DNA from: Asterias rubens
Lineage: Eukaryota
Length of the DNA stretch: 64,000 bases
Assembly: GCF_902459465.1 (NCBI RefSeq)
Contig: NC_047066.1
Coordinates: 9,796,001-9,860,000, forward strand
Direction of reading: 5' to 3'
In this document: piece by piece, positions 11,761-23,905 of the stretch
How the letters are laid out: every line of letters begins with the position of its first letter
Numbering within the stretch: the stretch's first letter is position 1
Program-made: the position numbers and the translations under genes
The notes under the pieces: generated by a model
Seen by the model: only the letters and a program-made list of their open reading frames with translations
The model's database searches: none
What the model was told of the DNA's origin: nothing

Positions 11761-12322
11761 GTAAATCACTAGGAGCCAGACTATAATAAAGCTTTAAAGC
11801 AATAAAACACTTGCAACGAATTAACCAGAATATAAATGACTTTGTTTTCAACCGGAGCATTAGAAACAATTATTTGTATTGTGTTTTATTAAATTAATAA
11901 GGAACTACGGTTTTGATTCAAAAAGTAATTATACAGTTTGTGTAAATTCGGATAAATTTTGTAAATAAGGACTTGTCCTTTAAAGCTCACAGATCGAACG
12001 GTAGTCTGTTTTATCGCCCTTGGTTGCCATACTTAAATTGTTTTGGGTACCAGACGTATGTATATGTCGCGTGCGTTGTAAAAAAAAAAATCCCTCACCC
12101 TATGTCGTCCTATGTCACGTGCATGGTCAGAAGGTTAGAAGGTTTATCATTAATGTTTTTATTTACAAACACCGCTCCGAAAAAAAGATTGATCAGTCGT
12201 CAGGTTGGAAGAAGTGAAGGCTTTACTTGCTTTTGCTGTCACTGTACATGTACATGTTGTGTAGCAGTGCACTTTGATTGTTGAGCTGTAGTGAATGAAG
12301 AACGAGGAGTGAAAATACTTCG
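11760..12322. promoter_or_regulatory. Putative bidirectional promoter PRR11/SPNS1 with CLEAR-like E-box, plus non-coding SPNS1 exon 1 ending at 12322
   Basis: GTCACGTGCA at 12114-12123; donor CG|GTAAGT at 12322/12323; acceptor GCAG| at 13618/13619 upstream of the ATG. Confidence 0.5.
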
Positions 12323-13677
12323 GTAAGTCGTAAGTCTACTCTAATTTTTATGGAAAGAATTGGCCCCACAAAAGTCGTCAGTGTGCTAATTTATTCCTCC
12401 ATGGTCTGACATTCGTCCATGGTCTGACAACATTGGGGACGCCCCATTGGTGGCGAGGTCGTAAAATTTTTCCAATAATATACTGCTGTTATTTGAGTGA
12501 TACTCCTACTAATAACTAAAGTTTTAGAAGTAGGATTTACCTTTTTTTGTTTTTCATTTTGTACAATTAAATTATTATAATATTATTATTTAAAAAAAAA
12601 TGGCTTAGCTATAATTTAACATGGGCCTATCTATGTATAAGCATGGAGGAATGTATAAGAATATATAAATAATACTTTTTAATAATAGTATTTTAGTAAA
12701 TGTTTTTAAATTAAATAATGTTCATTGTCAAAGGCAAAACAACAAAGGGTTACTCCTACTTTGTTGTATATTTTAATAAATATTGTTTCTATATTTTATA
12801 ATTGTTTTGTTAATAATAATATTTTTCCTATTTTATTTAGGAAAAATCGGCACATCCAACAACTTTATCAAAGTATTTCAATATATGTTTAGCTTTACTT
12901 ATAATTATATCGACAGCGCATAATACATCAGGCATACGTCACCTGGAAGTTAAGAGATAAATAGTTGTTTGATAAGATTGTAATAATAGTTTCTTGCCTC
13001 TACTAACTAACAACACTTGTCAGTGTCACTAGCTTTACAATGAAATGTAAGACAAACTGACGACAAGGAAGTGGTGCTTGGCAGATTTCAATGGAACAAC
13101 CACACTTGCCGAACAGAATAAATATTTAGACCAAACAAGGTGTTACACACACAGCACAGGGGAAAAGGAAATGAAAACACACGTTTTGAAAAAACCCATG
13201 GGAAATTCCAGTTTTAGGACAATTGTATTTGTATTGTAGACTTCATCTTTCTGTAGTGATTGCCATTTTGTACACACAGTTGTAGTACAACTGTATAACA
13301 CAATGGAATCAGAAGAGGCCCAACAATACAAATAGTTTAAATGATTTTCTTTTCCTTCATTAAATGCAAACATGCAGAGCTGGTCAATTGTCCCTTAAAG
13401 AATTGGGGTACTTTTTGTAAAACACAAAACACAATGTCCACATTTGCAAACTTACATGGTTTAAAGATAATGATGGTAGAAAGCTTCCCTAAAAATATTA
13501 CTGACTGAGGTGTACGTATTAGTGAGAACTGAGTAAAACAAGTCATTATTTTTTTAAGCATGTAAAACCTATTTCAAAACCCAGTTTTAATGTAACTCTT
13601 TATTTTACGTCACGGCAGGTTTTGATTTTGTGCCATAACTCCACCATCACGTGGCTGGTGGTGTGGTCTGAGTCAAC

Positions 13678-16600
13678 ATGCCCCTCAAGAAAGACGAAGA
13701 GACAGAGCCATTGTTGGAGCCTCTGTCTCAAACCTATGACCCCAACGTGGTGTCAGCTCGATCGGTAATCCCGCATGAGATAGCTACTTCCACACAGCCG
13801 GGTACCAGCGACCAGCAGCCAATAGAAGCACCCGGGGCAAGAGCGTACGCCGCTACCATTATCCTCTTCTTGGTCAACCTTCTCAATTATGTGGATCGAT
13901 TTACAATCGCTGGTTAGTCCTCAGAAAGTTTTTAACTTCCATTCTGCAGTTCACAAAATTAAATATCTTTGATATAAGGACTTCTGAACTGGTGGCTACA
14001 ACTACAGCTACGGCTGTTGCTAAGGGGGTTGCTTAGGGTTTGCCATACTTCATTAAAGGAACACGTTGCCTTGGATTGGTCGAGTTGGTCTGTAAAAAGC
14101 GTTTGTAACCGTTTGTTATAAAATGCATGGTTAGAAAGATGTTGTAAAAGTAGAATACAATGATTCACACAAACATGCCTCGAAATTGCATTATATAATA
14201 ACAATGCATTTACCACTTTTATGGTCCAGTAATCCATCCTTTCATACTGAACATCCTTTGTCCTCACCACTTTACTCTTATTGGTTCATACATGCATGAC
14301 ATGTAGCCACGAATTGTTTCTGAAATAGAAACTTTGATTGGCTGTAATTTTCCCGCTTCTTTCTGGATCCTTCTCTTAATCCCTTTCCCCTCTCTTTTTC
14401 TATAAATGGATGTATGTATTTGTTTGTACTTGTTTATGCCTTTGGAGAAAGTCCGGTTTGGATCGAAAGCTAAGGCCATCTACCCTACTCATTATTTTAC
14501 TCAATAGTATAAAGCCTATTTACAATAGTAAAGCCATTTTGTGTCGTCGTTAAGCTCTGAATAAGTTCAGGAGACCTCAGTTTCTAGACCCGTTTACATT
14601 GCTAGAGGCATCCTTGGTGTTTCATCTGTTCATTCAATCATAATATTTAACAAATAATAGTATAATATTCCCCATTGTTTCATCTGCAGCGAATCTCCAA
14701 GATATACAAAAGACCTACAACATAGCGGACAATAACAGTGCGGCTGGACTAGTACAGACGATTTTCATCGTTGGCTACATGGTGACATCACCAGTATTTG
14801 GTTACCTTGGCGACCGTTACCCCCGCAAAATCATCATGTCAGCGGGGATACTGTTTTGGGCGGCCATGACACTGAGTGGTTCGTTCATTCCAGCCGATGT
14901 GAGTTATCTGATATAGCTTACAATAATAATAGTAATAATAAAGTGGTTTCCTTCGTAGTGCACGTATCAGTCACTCAGTCATTCAGTATTTCCTGCCAGG
15001 TATTGTGAAGCTATGTTTTAGAAGTACAAGACCAATTCCTTCACATAGCACCTTGTAATGGTGCTGTGGTGCAATATACAGCCAATCGAACCAGGCACAC
15101 CGGGGCGAACCCCTATTCTAGGTTCTTTTACATGTATGTGCATAACACAACCTTGACAACACACAGGAGAAACAGTTTTACATTCCAACAGAAGGACGCA
15201 GCAATTATTGTTTAGGGACACAAGGTTCTCGACTGGGACTCGAACCCACACTCTGCTGAACAGAAACACCTGAGGTTGAGACCAGTGCTCTTATCCACTC
15301 GACCACGATCACGCCAGGTTGTAGTTCGTGTTCCATTCCTTTATTCAAAAATCCTTTATTCAAACGTGTGTCTTTGTTTTTATTCCCACAGCAATTTGGA
15401 TTTTTTGTAGCGATACGCGGCCTAGTAGGAGTAGGGGAGGCAAGTTACTCGACCATTGCCTGCACCCTCATCGGCGATCTGTTCATCGGTAACCGACGCA
15501 CTCAAATGTTGATGTTATTCTATTTTGCTATCCCTGTTGGAAGGTGAGTTTTCTTGTATTCATGAATTCAAGTTGCGCAGTATTCAGGTATTCATGTTGC
15601 GCAGTATTCATGAATTCATGTTGCCTAGTATTCAAGTATTCATGTTGCATTAAGTCATAGTTCTCATAGTTTTGTTTCGTATATTAGAAATGCTTGATTG
15701 ACTGTAATCGATGTTTCTTGGGGCAGCCATCTCATGCCTCACTATGCCACAACAGCGGGATTTTGAGGTGCACATCTCATGCCTCACTTTGCCTCATGCC
15801 TCAGTTGTTGCAAGGCATGAGGCAAAGGACTCATGCCTCATGCTCATGCCGTTCTCAGGCCTACCTATGCTAGCAATACTGAGCATGTGTGCGCACATGC
15901 CCAGAGCCCCATAAAAGGACCGTGATGTCTGCTGCCGCCAGCATTTCAAAAGTCTCCCATTCCTACAGTGGCAATATGTGGCACTGATTTATTACACATA
16001 CAGACGCAATGACAGCACAGTGTGGTGTGAGTTACTTCACCAATGTTTGTGTGCATAACATTTTACAGGATCTTTTGAGACATATAGGAGTATGCACCTA
16101 TTGACCCCTTGCACCAGAAACAAAGCTGTGCTTCAGCCAAACTTTGATTCATAGCATGGCAGGGCCTGTCGAGCTAAGTGTCTCTGCCGCACCAATTGAA
16201 CAAGAATTAAATTATTTGAATTTGAAAAGGGCCTGAGAGTCTTCATTATGTGTTTGTGTGATTTTGTTTTCAGTGGCCTTGGTTATATTGCTGGAAAAGG
16301 AGTAGCAGACGCATTTAATGATTGGAGATGGGCTCTTAGGGTGAGTATACATTAGTCAATAGACAAGTGGTATTTGACATGTTTGAAGCTTTGCATGTTG
16401 TGGAAAATAAAATAAGAGTTTACCATAAATAGTAAACTTGCGGATACAAACATGTGTCAATCTCATTTGGGATTTGTATTTGAAAAGTACCAGTGTGGTC
16501 TCATTGTTTTGAACAGTATAGGCCTACTATGGTCTTCATCAGTATGTTCAAAAGAAAATGAGCAGAGTACATGTGCATGTATACTGACCGAAACGTTAGA

Positions 16601-19600
16601 ACCACACCGGCTCTTTTCAGAGCCTACACTCCTCCCAAACAAGATTTTACACTTGTTGTTATAAGTTTGGTATTATACAAATATTGACTGCTTCGAGTGC
16701 TATGGTTAAAACTACCACTCCCGAGGTGATCCCCGGAGCGTTCTATTTTCCCGAGGCGCAAGCGCAGCACGAGTAACAGCAGTCAATATTTGTTTTATAA
16801 CACCCCAACAGACTATTTACCATCCTCAAACACGTAACGTTCGTACGCGCGTATCAGATACACAGATGCACAACTGATTGGGTTTGAGGTGGGTAAAAAG
16901 ATGTCTGGGTACTGCAAGTCGTGTGATAGTCGTCGGACTATCACACAACAAATGATGCACTATCACGCGGCCGCCATTTCTAGTAAAACTAAGACATATC
17001 ATGTGACCGCTCTAAACCAATGAAAAGGCAGAATGTTTGGAAGAGGTGTTATAACAATAGTTACTTCTTCCCTTAGTTGATAAAGACACTATGATGATTT
17101 TTGTTTCCTGTTTCTGTCTATGTTGAAGATCACACCAGGCCTTGGTGTTTTGAGTGTGATAGCAATTATGGTTATCATCAAGGAGCCCAGCAGAGGCCAA
17201 GCGGAGACTGGAAACCGTACCATATCAAGCCAGAGTTACCTTGAAGATCTCAAGGCTCTCCTTAAAAAGTAAGTGTGAAGTCAAAAAGGAGGGTTGACCA
17301 GGGCCCAGTTTCATGGCTCTGCGAAATTCTGCACTTGCCTTGAAAGCATAGAGTGCCAATTAACGTGGAGTGTGCACAAGCCAAAACCCCCCGCTATTCT
17401 GTGAAATAATTTATTTCTCAAACATGTGTCGACTGCATTATGAGATCTATATTGTGGTGAATAAAACATCTAAATACACAGTCAACCTTCCTACTGCTTG
17501 ACCATTCAAAATCATCCACTGTGGTTTTCAGTATGGGTATCAAAGTGCTTTGAAAAGGTTCTTACATTGGTGTAAACACGCTGAGGCCTGACTACTTGAT
17601 AATTTTATCTTTTCAATTATTTTTGTAGTAAAAAATATTGATAGTCTTTCTAATTGCTATTTTTTGTTGTGGTTATTCTTTGCAGCAAGACCTACATGTT
17701 TACAACCCTAGGTTTTACATCCATAGCATGGGTGGTGGGTGCACTAGCACTGTGGATGGTCAAACTCATGGAGCTTGTTTATAAAATCAACGACAAGTCT
17801 AGTGGGAAGTAAGTACACAAGTTAGCTCTATATTTTCCAAGGTTTGTAAAAGGTTTTATTTTTCCAACGAGGGTACTGTGCACAATTTCCACAAGGGAAT
17901 ATAGATGCCAAGCTGGCAACAGTCATTCTCTCTCGTAGAAACATCGGTCTTTGGGTAGGAATTACAAAAATCATTAAAGCAATACTAGATGATTCTAGTG
18001 ATTGAGAAGTCCTGCAGTCTTCTCTTTTGTAAAAGGCACCTCAGATTTCAAGGAGCTACTTGGCTCTGTTGCCTTTTGAAGTATCCAGCCTGTATTTCAC
18101 AACTAAATAACTTTAGGCTAGATTTTATTTATCCTACAACATTAGGATTCGAACTGCCTCTAGCTCCCGGGCAATCTCGGTGGTCTAGTTGGTAAGAAAC
18201 CTGCTCTAGAATGGCAAAGGTCATGGGGTCGACTCCCACTAGTCGAAACGTTGAGACCAATTCAAGAACTCACTCTGTGAGTAGTGCAACCTAAAGTAGT
18301 AGTCACAGCCAATTTTCTATACCTTCCGCCCTGGTAGTAGTTAAAAAGCGAACAGTTCTTTCCAGAACCAAGAAGTCTCCCGAACATTCGATAAATCTAC
18401 TCCGCGGTAGTAGAATAAAGAAAGACAGTTCTCTAAGAACAAACTCTACCTGGCAAGTAGATACAAACATGGTGTTACCGCAAACCAAATATATATTGAC
18501 ACCTCACTATGCAATGCCTCAAATCCTATATACATTGGTGTTGGGGTCAAACCAAAATAATAGTAGATTTTGTCTCTCTTTTTCATATTTTATCCGTGTT
18601 TTTCAGTGTAAGCTTCATCTTTGGTGCTCTGACATGTGCGGCTGGCGTCTGTGGTGTGTCATTAGGGACAATGGGAGCGCAGTTTCTCAGGCGTTATAAC
18701 TCGAAGGCGGACACCCTAGTATGTGCCTTGGGGAATCTACTATCTGCTCCGTTCCTCTACTTCGGTTTTATCTGTGCCCAAAATCATGTCACAGTTGCTT
18801 GGGTAAGCTGATTTAATTGATGGAAATCACAAATTTGTATTGAATTTTGAATCAAATTTTGTGCCATTTCGGATTTGAATTATGCCCTAGTATGTGCTTT
18901 TGGGAATCTACTATCTGCTCCATTCCTCTACTTCGGTTTTATCTTCGCCAAAAATCATGTCACAGTTGCTTGGGTAAGCTGATTTAATTGATGGAAATCA
19001 CAAATTTGTATTGAATTTTGAATCAAATTTTGTGCCATCTCGAACTTGAATGATGCACTTGACTTTGGTATTGGATTGAAAAGATTAAGTATTCACAGTT
19101 TCAAGCCTGGTTCATACTTCCTGCTAATGTGAATGTTTTGGTCACAGCTCTGTTTTCGCTGTGATTTAATTATTTCAGAAGAGTTGAGGACTGTGGAGAA
19201 GAGAAATGTAGAGAAATGTCGTACTGGGTTTAATCTTCCAATTATTATTAATGTTTTATTGTCACATGTAAAATATAACTGTACAGTGAGATGCGTTTTG
19301 GTTTTGCGTGTCTAAAAATATGTTATATAAAAATACACACACAAAATTTACTGGGCAACATTCTGAATTATTCGTTGTGAATTTGTGATGTTAAAGTTTG
19401 CATCGTATTAGATTTGCAGGAAGTATGAACCGTGCTTTATTACATGTATAATAACATAAATCTTGTATTTTTCTCCCCAATTTATCAACAGGTCTGTGTC
19501 TTCTTTGGTGAGATGTGCTTGTTCCTCAACTGGGCACTTGTACCAGACATTTTAATGGTAAATAATATGATACAAATTATTCTTCTCTTGCGCTTTTTTT

Positions 19601-21829
19601 CTGACTGCCTCTCTCTTTTTCACTTCTTTCTACTTTACTACTTCAAGGGAGGGCACCATTTGTAATTTCTCCTAAAATTAACTACCATTAAAATTTACTT
19701 GGTTAAGACCACTGGTGAGCTGTTGATACTATAAAACATCAATAGAAACGACACTTACAAAAAATTGTAATTTTGGAGAAGCCGATAATTTTTCACCCAA
19801 ACATTTGAAACTGAGAGAGGTTTTAGGCATGAAGTCTTCTTCAGTAATCTCAAAGCAAAGCACACCTCTTTGCAACAAGAGTGTTTCTTCTTTCATTATT
19901 CTCTCGTAAATTTGATAACCAATTGAGCACCAGAACTACGCTTGACATAAACACCGAGTTCACTGCTCCCGTAAGCGGTTGGGCCCAGGTCTTTGACAAC
20001 TACCAAAAGTATACCCTGCCTTTAAAGGCACTGGACACTAATGATAATTGCTCCCCAAAAAAATCAGCATAAAAACTTACTTGGTATAACAAGCAACGGA
20101 GAACTGTTGGTAGTATAAAACATTGTGAGAAATGGCTCCCTCTAAAGTAACGTAGTTTTCGAGAAAGAAATAATTTTCTACAAAATTATTGGATTTGATT
20201 TTGAGACCTCCGAATTAGATTTTGAGGTCTCGAAATCAAGCATCTGAAAGCACACAACTTCGTGTGACAAGAATGTTTTTTCTTCTATTAGATAATATTA
20301 TCTCGCAACGTAGAGGACCAATTGAGTTCCAATTTGTACAGGTTTGTTATTTTGTGCATAAGTTGAGATACACCGAGTGAGAAGAAGACTGGTCTTTCAC
20401 AATTACCAAAGGTGTCCAGTGTCCTTTAGGACTCAAGACAGGGTATAATGCCATGTATATGATTGATTGCAGTATGTATTGATACCAGTGCGTCGGTCAA
20501 CTGGTAATGGGATGCAGATGCTGTCTAGTCATCTACTGGGAGATGCACTGAGCCCACTCATCATAGGAGCTGTGAGTATTTAAAACTTAATTTACAGAAG
20601 GAGTCATTCAGAATAGTCGACATTTAAAATAAAAAAAAATTCCCTCAGAAATACACCAAGACATGTGGCAACAGAGATCATGGTAATTTCAGACCTGCCA
20701 TGTTAATGTTGTGTTGCCATTGTTGGACATTTATTTCAATCAACAATCAGGTGTAGACCGATGTCATATCAGTAGGTTGCCCTCACCTGAGGTTAAAAAG
20801 CAGCCGTTCATTGGCCAAACCTGTGCGCCGCGCATACAAATGTGTGCGTTTTGATTGTTTTGTCATCGTTTTACCTCTAAGACGGCGGTTGGATGACTTC
20901 AATGCATAAAGTCTATTGATTGAAATTAATTTGTTTGTGTTACTGACAGACTTTTGTTTACACATACTGTTATGTTTTATTTGTTTGCCAAAAGGTCTCG
21001 GATAAGATCAGGGGTGGTATGGCGAATCCTGACACCGACATGTCTCATTTTACGAGTCTTTCTTATTCCGTCTTGATCACTACTTTCATCTCAGTCATCG
21101 GTGGTGGATTCTTCCTGGCATCGAGTCTTTTTGTCGAAGAAGACAAACAGAAGATGCAGGATACACTGAAATGTAAGCGTCAAGGATTTACTCGTGGGAT
21201 TGCTTCGTTGAAATAGATTCATTTAGAGGCTGCCCCACCTCCAGTCCATTTAAAAAAAAACTCATTTGTATGAAGAATATGTAGTATAATTTACTTGTAG
21301 AAGTTTCAGCTTCATTTGTCGTCAAGTTTTTTAGAGACAAAAATATAAAATCATCAAGCAATGTTTTCATCAGGAGAGGATCGCGTAAATCCATTGTACA
21401 GGCCAAAAAAGTTGTTGTCTCTCTGAGAGGAAAATTATTTTTGTAAAATTGTTTTACTCATTTCTCAAAAACTACAGCACCTCAGCAAGTAATATTTCAA
21501 GGGCAACTTTCTACCATTATTATCTTTGAGTTTAAATCTGTGGCTGTTTTATATTTGGCATCGTACAGTCGAACAAAAAGTACCCCAAAAGTATGCAAGG
21601 CTTGTGGATGTGACCAAAACTACACCCCCCCCCCCCCAACCCTACTGAAAAATGATAGGCAAAGCCGCTGCACGTTGATTAGATCCATGAACCATGGTCA
21701 GGTAACCATTATTTTCTGTTCACTTGTTTTATTTCTGCAGTTTACCAAGAAGTTGAAGAGAATCCTGACGTCGTCGAAGTCCGCCAACCCATCGGTCAAC
21801 GACACCACAATCCAGACGTGATTATATGA
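13678..21829 (+). CDS. SPNS1: Spinster-family MFS lysolipid transporter. Exons: 13678..13912, 14690..14898, 15392..15543, 16274..16340, 17129..17268, 17686..17808, 18607..18802, 19492..19557, 20473..20571, 20995..21172, 21741..21829
   Basis: [73 protein letters not shown]; all 11 exons are phase-consistent. Confidence 0.92.
14057..14250. mobile_element. Truncated TTAA-type MITE (AGGAACACGTTGCCTTGG family); second copy ~62780-63060
   Basis: TTAA + AGGAACACGTTGCCTTGGATTGGTCGAG, matching 62780 onward. Confidence 0.65.
14921..15308 (-). mobile_element. tRNA-derived SINE, same family as 2128..2530
   Basis: Reverse-complement head (GGACTCGAACCCACACTCTGC...CTCGACCAC), body and (AAT)n tail. Confidence 0.7.
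18714..19055 (+). repeat. 171-bp tandem duplication of the 3' half of SPNS1 coding exon 7 and its donor
   Basis: CCCTAGTATGTGC at 18714 and 18885; TGG|GTAAGC donors at 18803 and 18974. Confidence 0.92.
19646..20021. mobile_element. Kolobok-type MITE (AGGCAGGGTATAC subfamily)
   Basis: Right end GTATACCCTGCCT|TTAA; body homologous to the other TTAA MITEs. Confidence 0.6.
20026..20425. mobile_element. Kolobok-type MITE (AGGCACTGGACAC)
   Basis: TTAA|AGGCACTGGACAC ... GTGTCCAGTGTCCT. Confidence 0.75.
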
Positions 21830-21833
21830 TAGA

Positions 21834-22405
21834 TTCTTCCAAAAACTTGCTCAAAACAAAGAACCAAAGTTGGGAAACACACGGACAACATTGATTATTA
21901 CAAAAAAGGACCTGTGAAAGTCAGGTTCTTCCAAAAATCTCACTCAAAACAAAGAACCAAAGTTGAGAATTTGTCTAAAGACCAGTATCTGCACTCTGTG
22001 AAAATCTAGTTAAAAAGAAAGAACCAAAGATGGGATTGCCCAGGGACAACATTGATAATTGTCTAAAGACCAGTATCTGCACTCTGTGTGACCCCAAAAT
22101 ATACATACATGAAATAAAAGATGTGATTATATTACGGGTTCTTCCAAAAATCTTGCTCAAAACAAAGAACCAAAGTTGGGAAACACACAGACAACATTGA
22201 TAATTGTCGAAGACAAATATCTGCACTCTGTGTGACCCAAAATATACATGAAATAAAAAACGTGATTATATGACGGGTTCTTCCAAAAATTTTGCTCAAA
22301 ACAAAGAACCAGAGTTGGGAAACACACAAAGATTGATTATTGTCTAAAGACCAGTATCTACACTCTGTATGACCCAAAACATGAAATAACAAATCTGTGA
22401 AAGTC
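21834..22405 (+). repeat. Degenerate ~90-140-bp tandem array at the start of the SPNS1 3' UTR, derived from a MITE end
   Basis: TTCTTCCAAAAA..CTCAAAACAAAGAACCAAAG recurs at ~21834, 21926, 22139 and 22277, plus an internal partial unit. Confidence 0.85.
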
Positions 22406-23140
22406 TGGGCCCGCGGCCTGACGTTTCGATCCTAGCAGAGTCTTTCTCCAAAGCCATTGATAAACATCAGGCTGTTAAACTACTCTTTTGCATTAATACC
22501 AATTGTTCCTTTTGGTAAAAATTTGTTTTTACTGGTTTCTTAAAAAAAATAGCATTTCAGGGGAAAACAATTTTTCAATGAAAGTTTTCCACCTTGGCAA
22601 TTTTTAATATGGAAACATAATTTTCAGGATTGTATCAAAGTTTTGTATGCTTAAAATTAAATATTTTGTTATAAATAGCTTTGTCATAAAAACGATTTGA
22701 AATGCATATATTTTGTTTAAGAATACACTGCGTTTATAAATGGCACTACACAAATTCTTATTCAACTGTTAGCTTTTCAAGACGCATGTAAAATTTACTT
22801 CATCACGAAGCTTGTGATGTCAAATCTTGCCTAGCAAAATTGGTTCATCAGTCACACAAGACAACATGTAATGTGAGCTTATCACGACTGGTTCCACTGT
22901 AAATTAATACATTATAGCAGTTAAATTTGTTAAGCGAATTATTCAAGTTATTAGAAACTAATGAAACTGTACCTACTTTTATGTTGACTTGCCTAAGGGT
23001 TCTTATGTGAGTGCAGCTGGCTTTATCAAACTCACCAGGCACCAGCTACATGTATGCATGAACTCCATAAAAAGTACAATGGGGGCCGATGCAGTTTTGC
23101 AACCCCATACAACGAATTCCGTGTGTGCACGTGCACAAGA

Positions 23141-23238
23141 TGGCAGCAGACTTACTAGGTGAATTTCCATTGTTTACGTAGTACTGAGCACGCGCACATT
23201 ACCAAGAACAATGGATTTACCTGGTAAGTCTGCTGCCA
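23141..23238. mobile_element. Small hairpin MITE
   Basis: TGGCAGCAGACTTAC.AGGT..AT.TCCATTG ... CAATGGATTTACCTGGTAAGTCTGCTGCCA inverted arms. Confidence 0.6.
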
Positions 23239-23664
23239 CCAATTGAAGTGTCCCGAAAGGTCCCCTATTACAGTACTGTCACAGAGCACATTGGGACTGG
23301 CAGGGATCCTGGGCCGAGCATGGCTCTGCTTCTCAGTTGCTCACTGTGAAACCTTTTGCAGAAAAATTGCGCTATCGTTTTTGGACAAGGCTAACTTTCA
23401 TGGTTACTATGGTGCTGGCCCTAGCATTTTGCCTTTAATAATCATCCCTATTTATGCAGTGCTGTCATCCGCCAATGATCGGTATCTGGTCACTGGGTCG
23501 ATTATTTCATTCTTTTTAAACCATCTCAGCTCCTTCTGGACTCAACAGCATGTGCTTTCAAGTGTGTAGAGCACCAAGCTTAATCAATCACAAGAACCAT
23601 CTCTTTATGCCCTCACATGGATTTACAGTTGTGCTCTATAAAATTGTACTTGGCTTCCAAGCTG

Positions 23665-23905
23665 GGCCCAATTTCATGGCTCTGCTTACCGCCGAATTCT
23701 GCGCTTACGATCACGATTCCCCGCTTACCTGCAAGCGCCGAATTTCTGTGCTAGCCTTGTAAGCGTAGAATGCCTAGTAGCGTAGAGTGCGTAGAAGCCA
23801 CAATTTGCCGCTTACCCGTGAAATACGCCTGCCGTAAGCACAGAATTCCCTGCTTCTGTAAGTGCCGATTCTGTGCCTACGGTAAGCAGAGCCATGAAAT
23901 GGGCA
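23665..23905. mobile_element. Harbinger-like MITE
   Basis: TIR GGCCCAATTTCATGGCTCTGCTTACCG / CGGTAAGCAGAGCCATGAAAT-GGGC; CTG on both flanks. Relatives near 17300, 26735 and 48575. Confidence 0.7.

Noticed and set aside
21834-22405. CRISPR-like repeat-spacer array
   Set aside because: Eukaryotic context, degenerate whole-unit repeats, MITE-derived, no cas genes.
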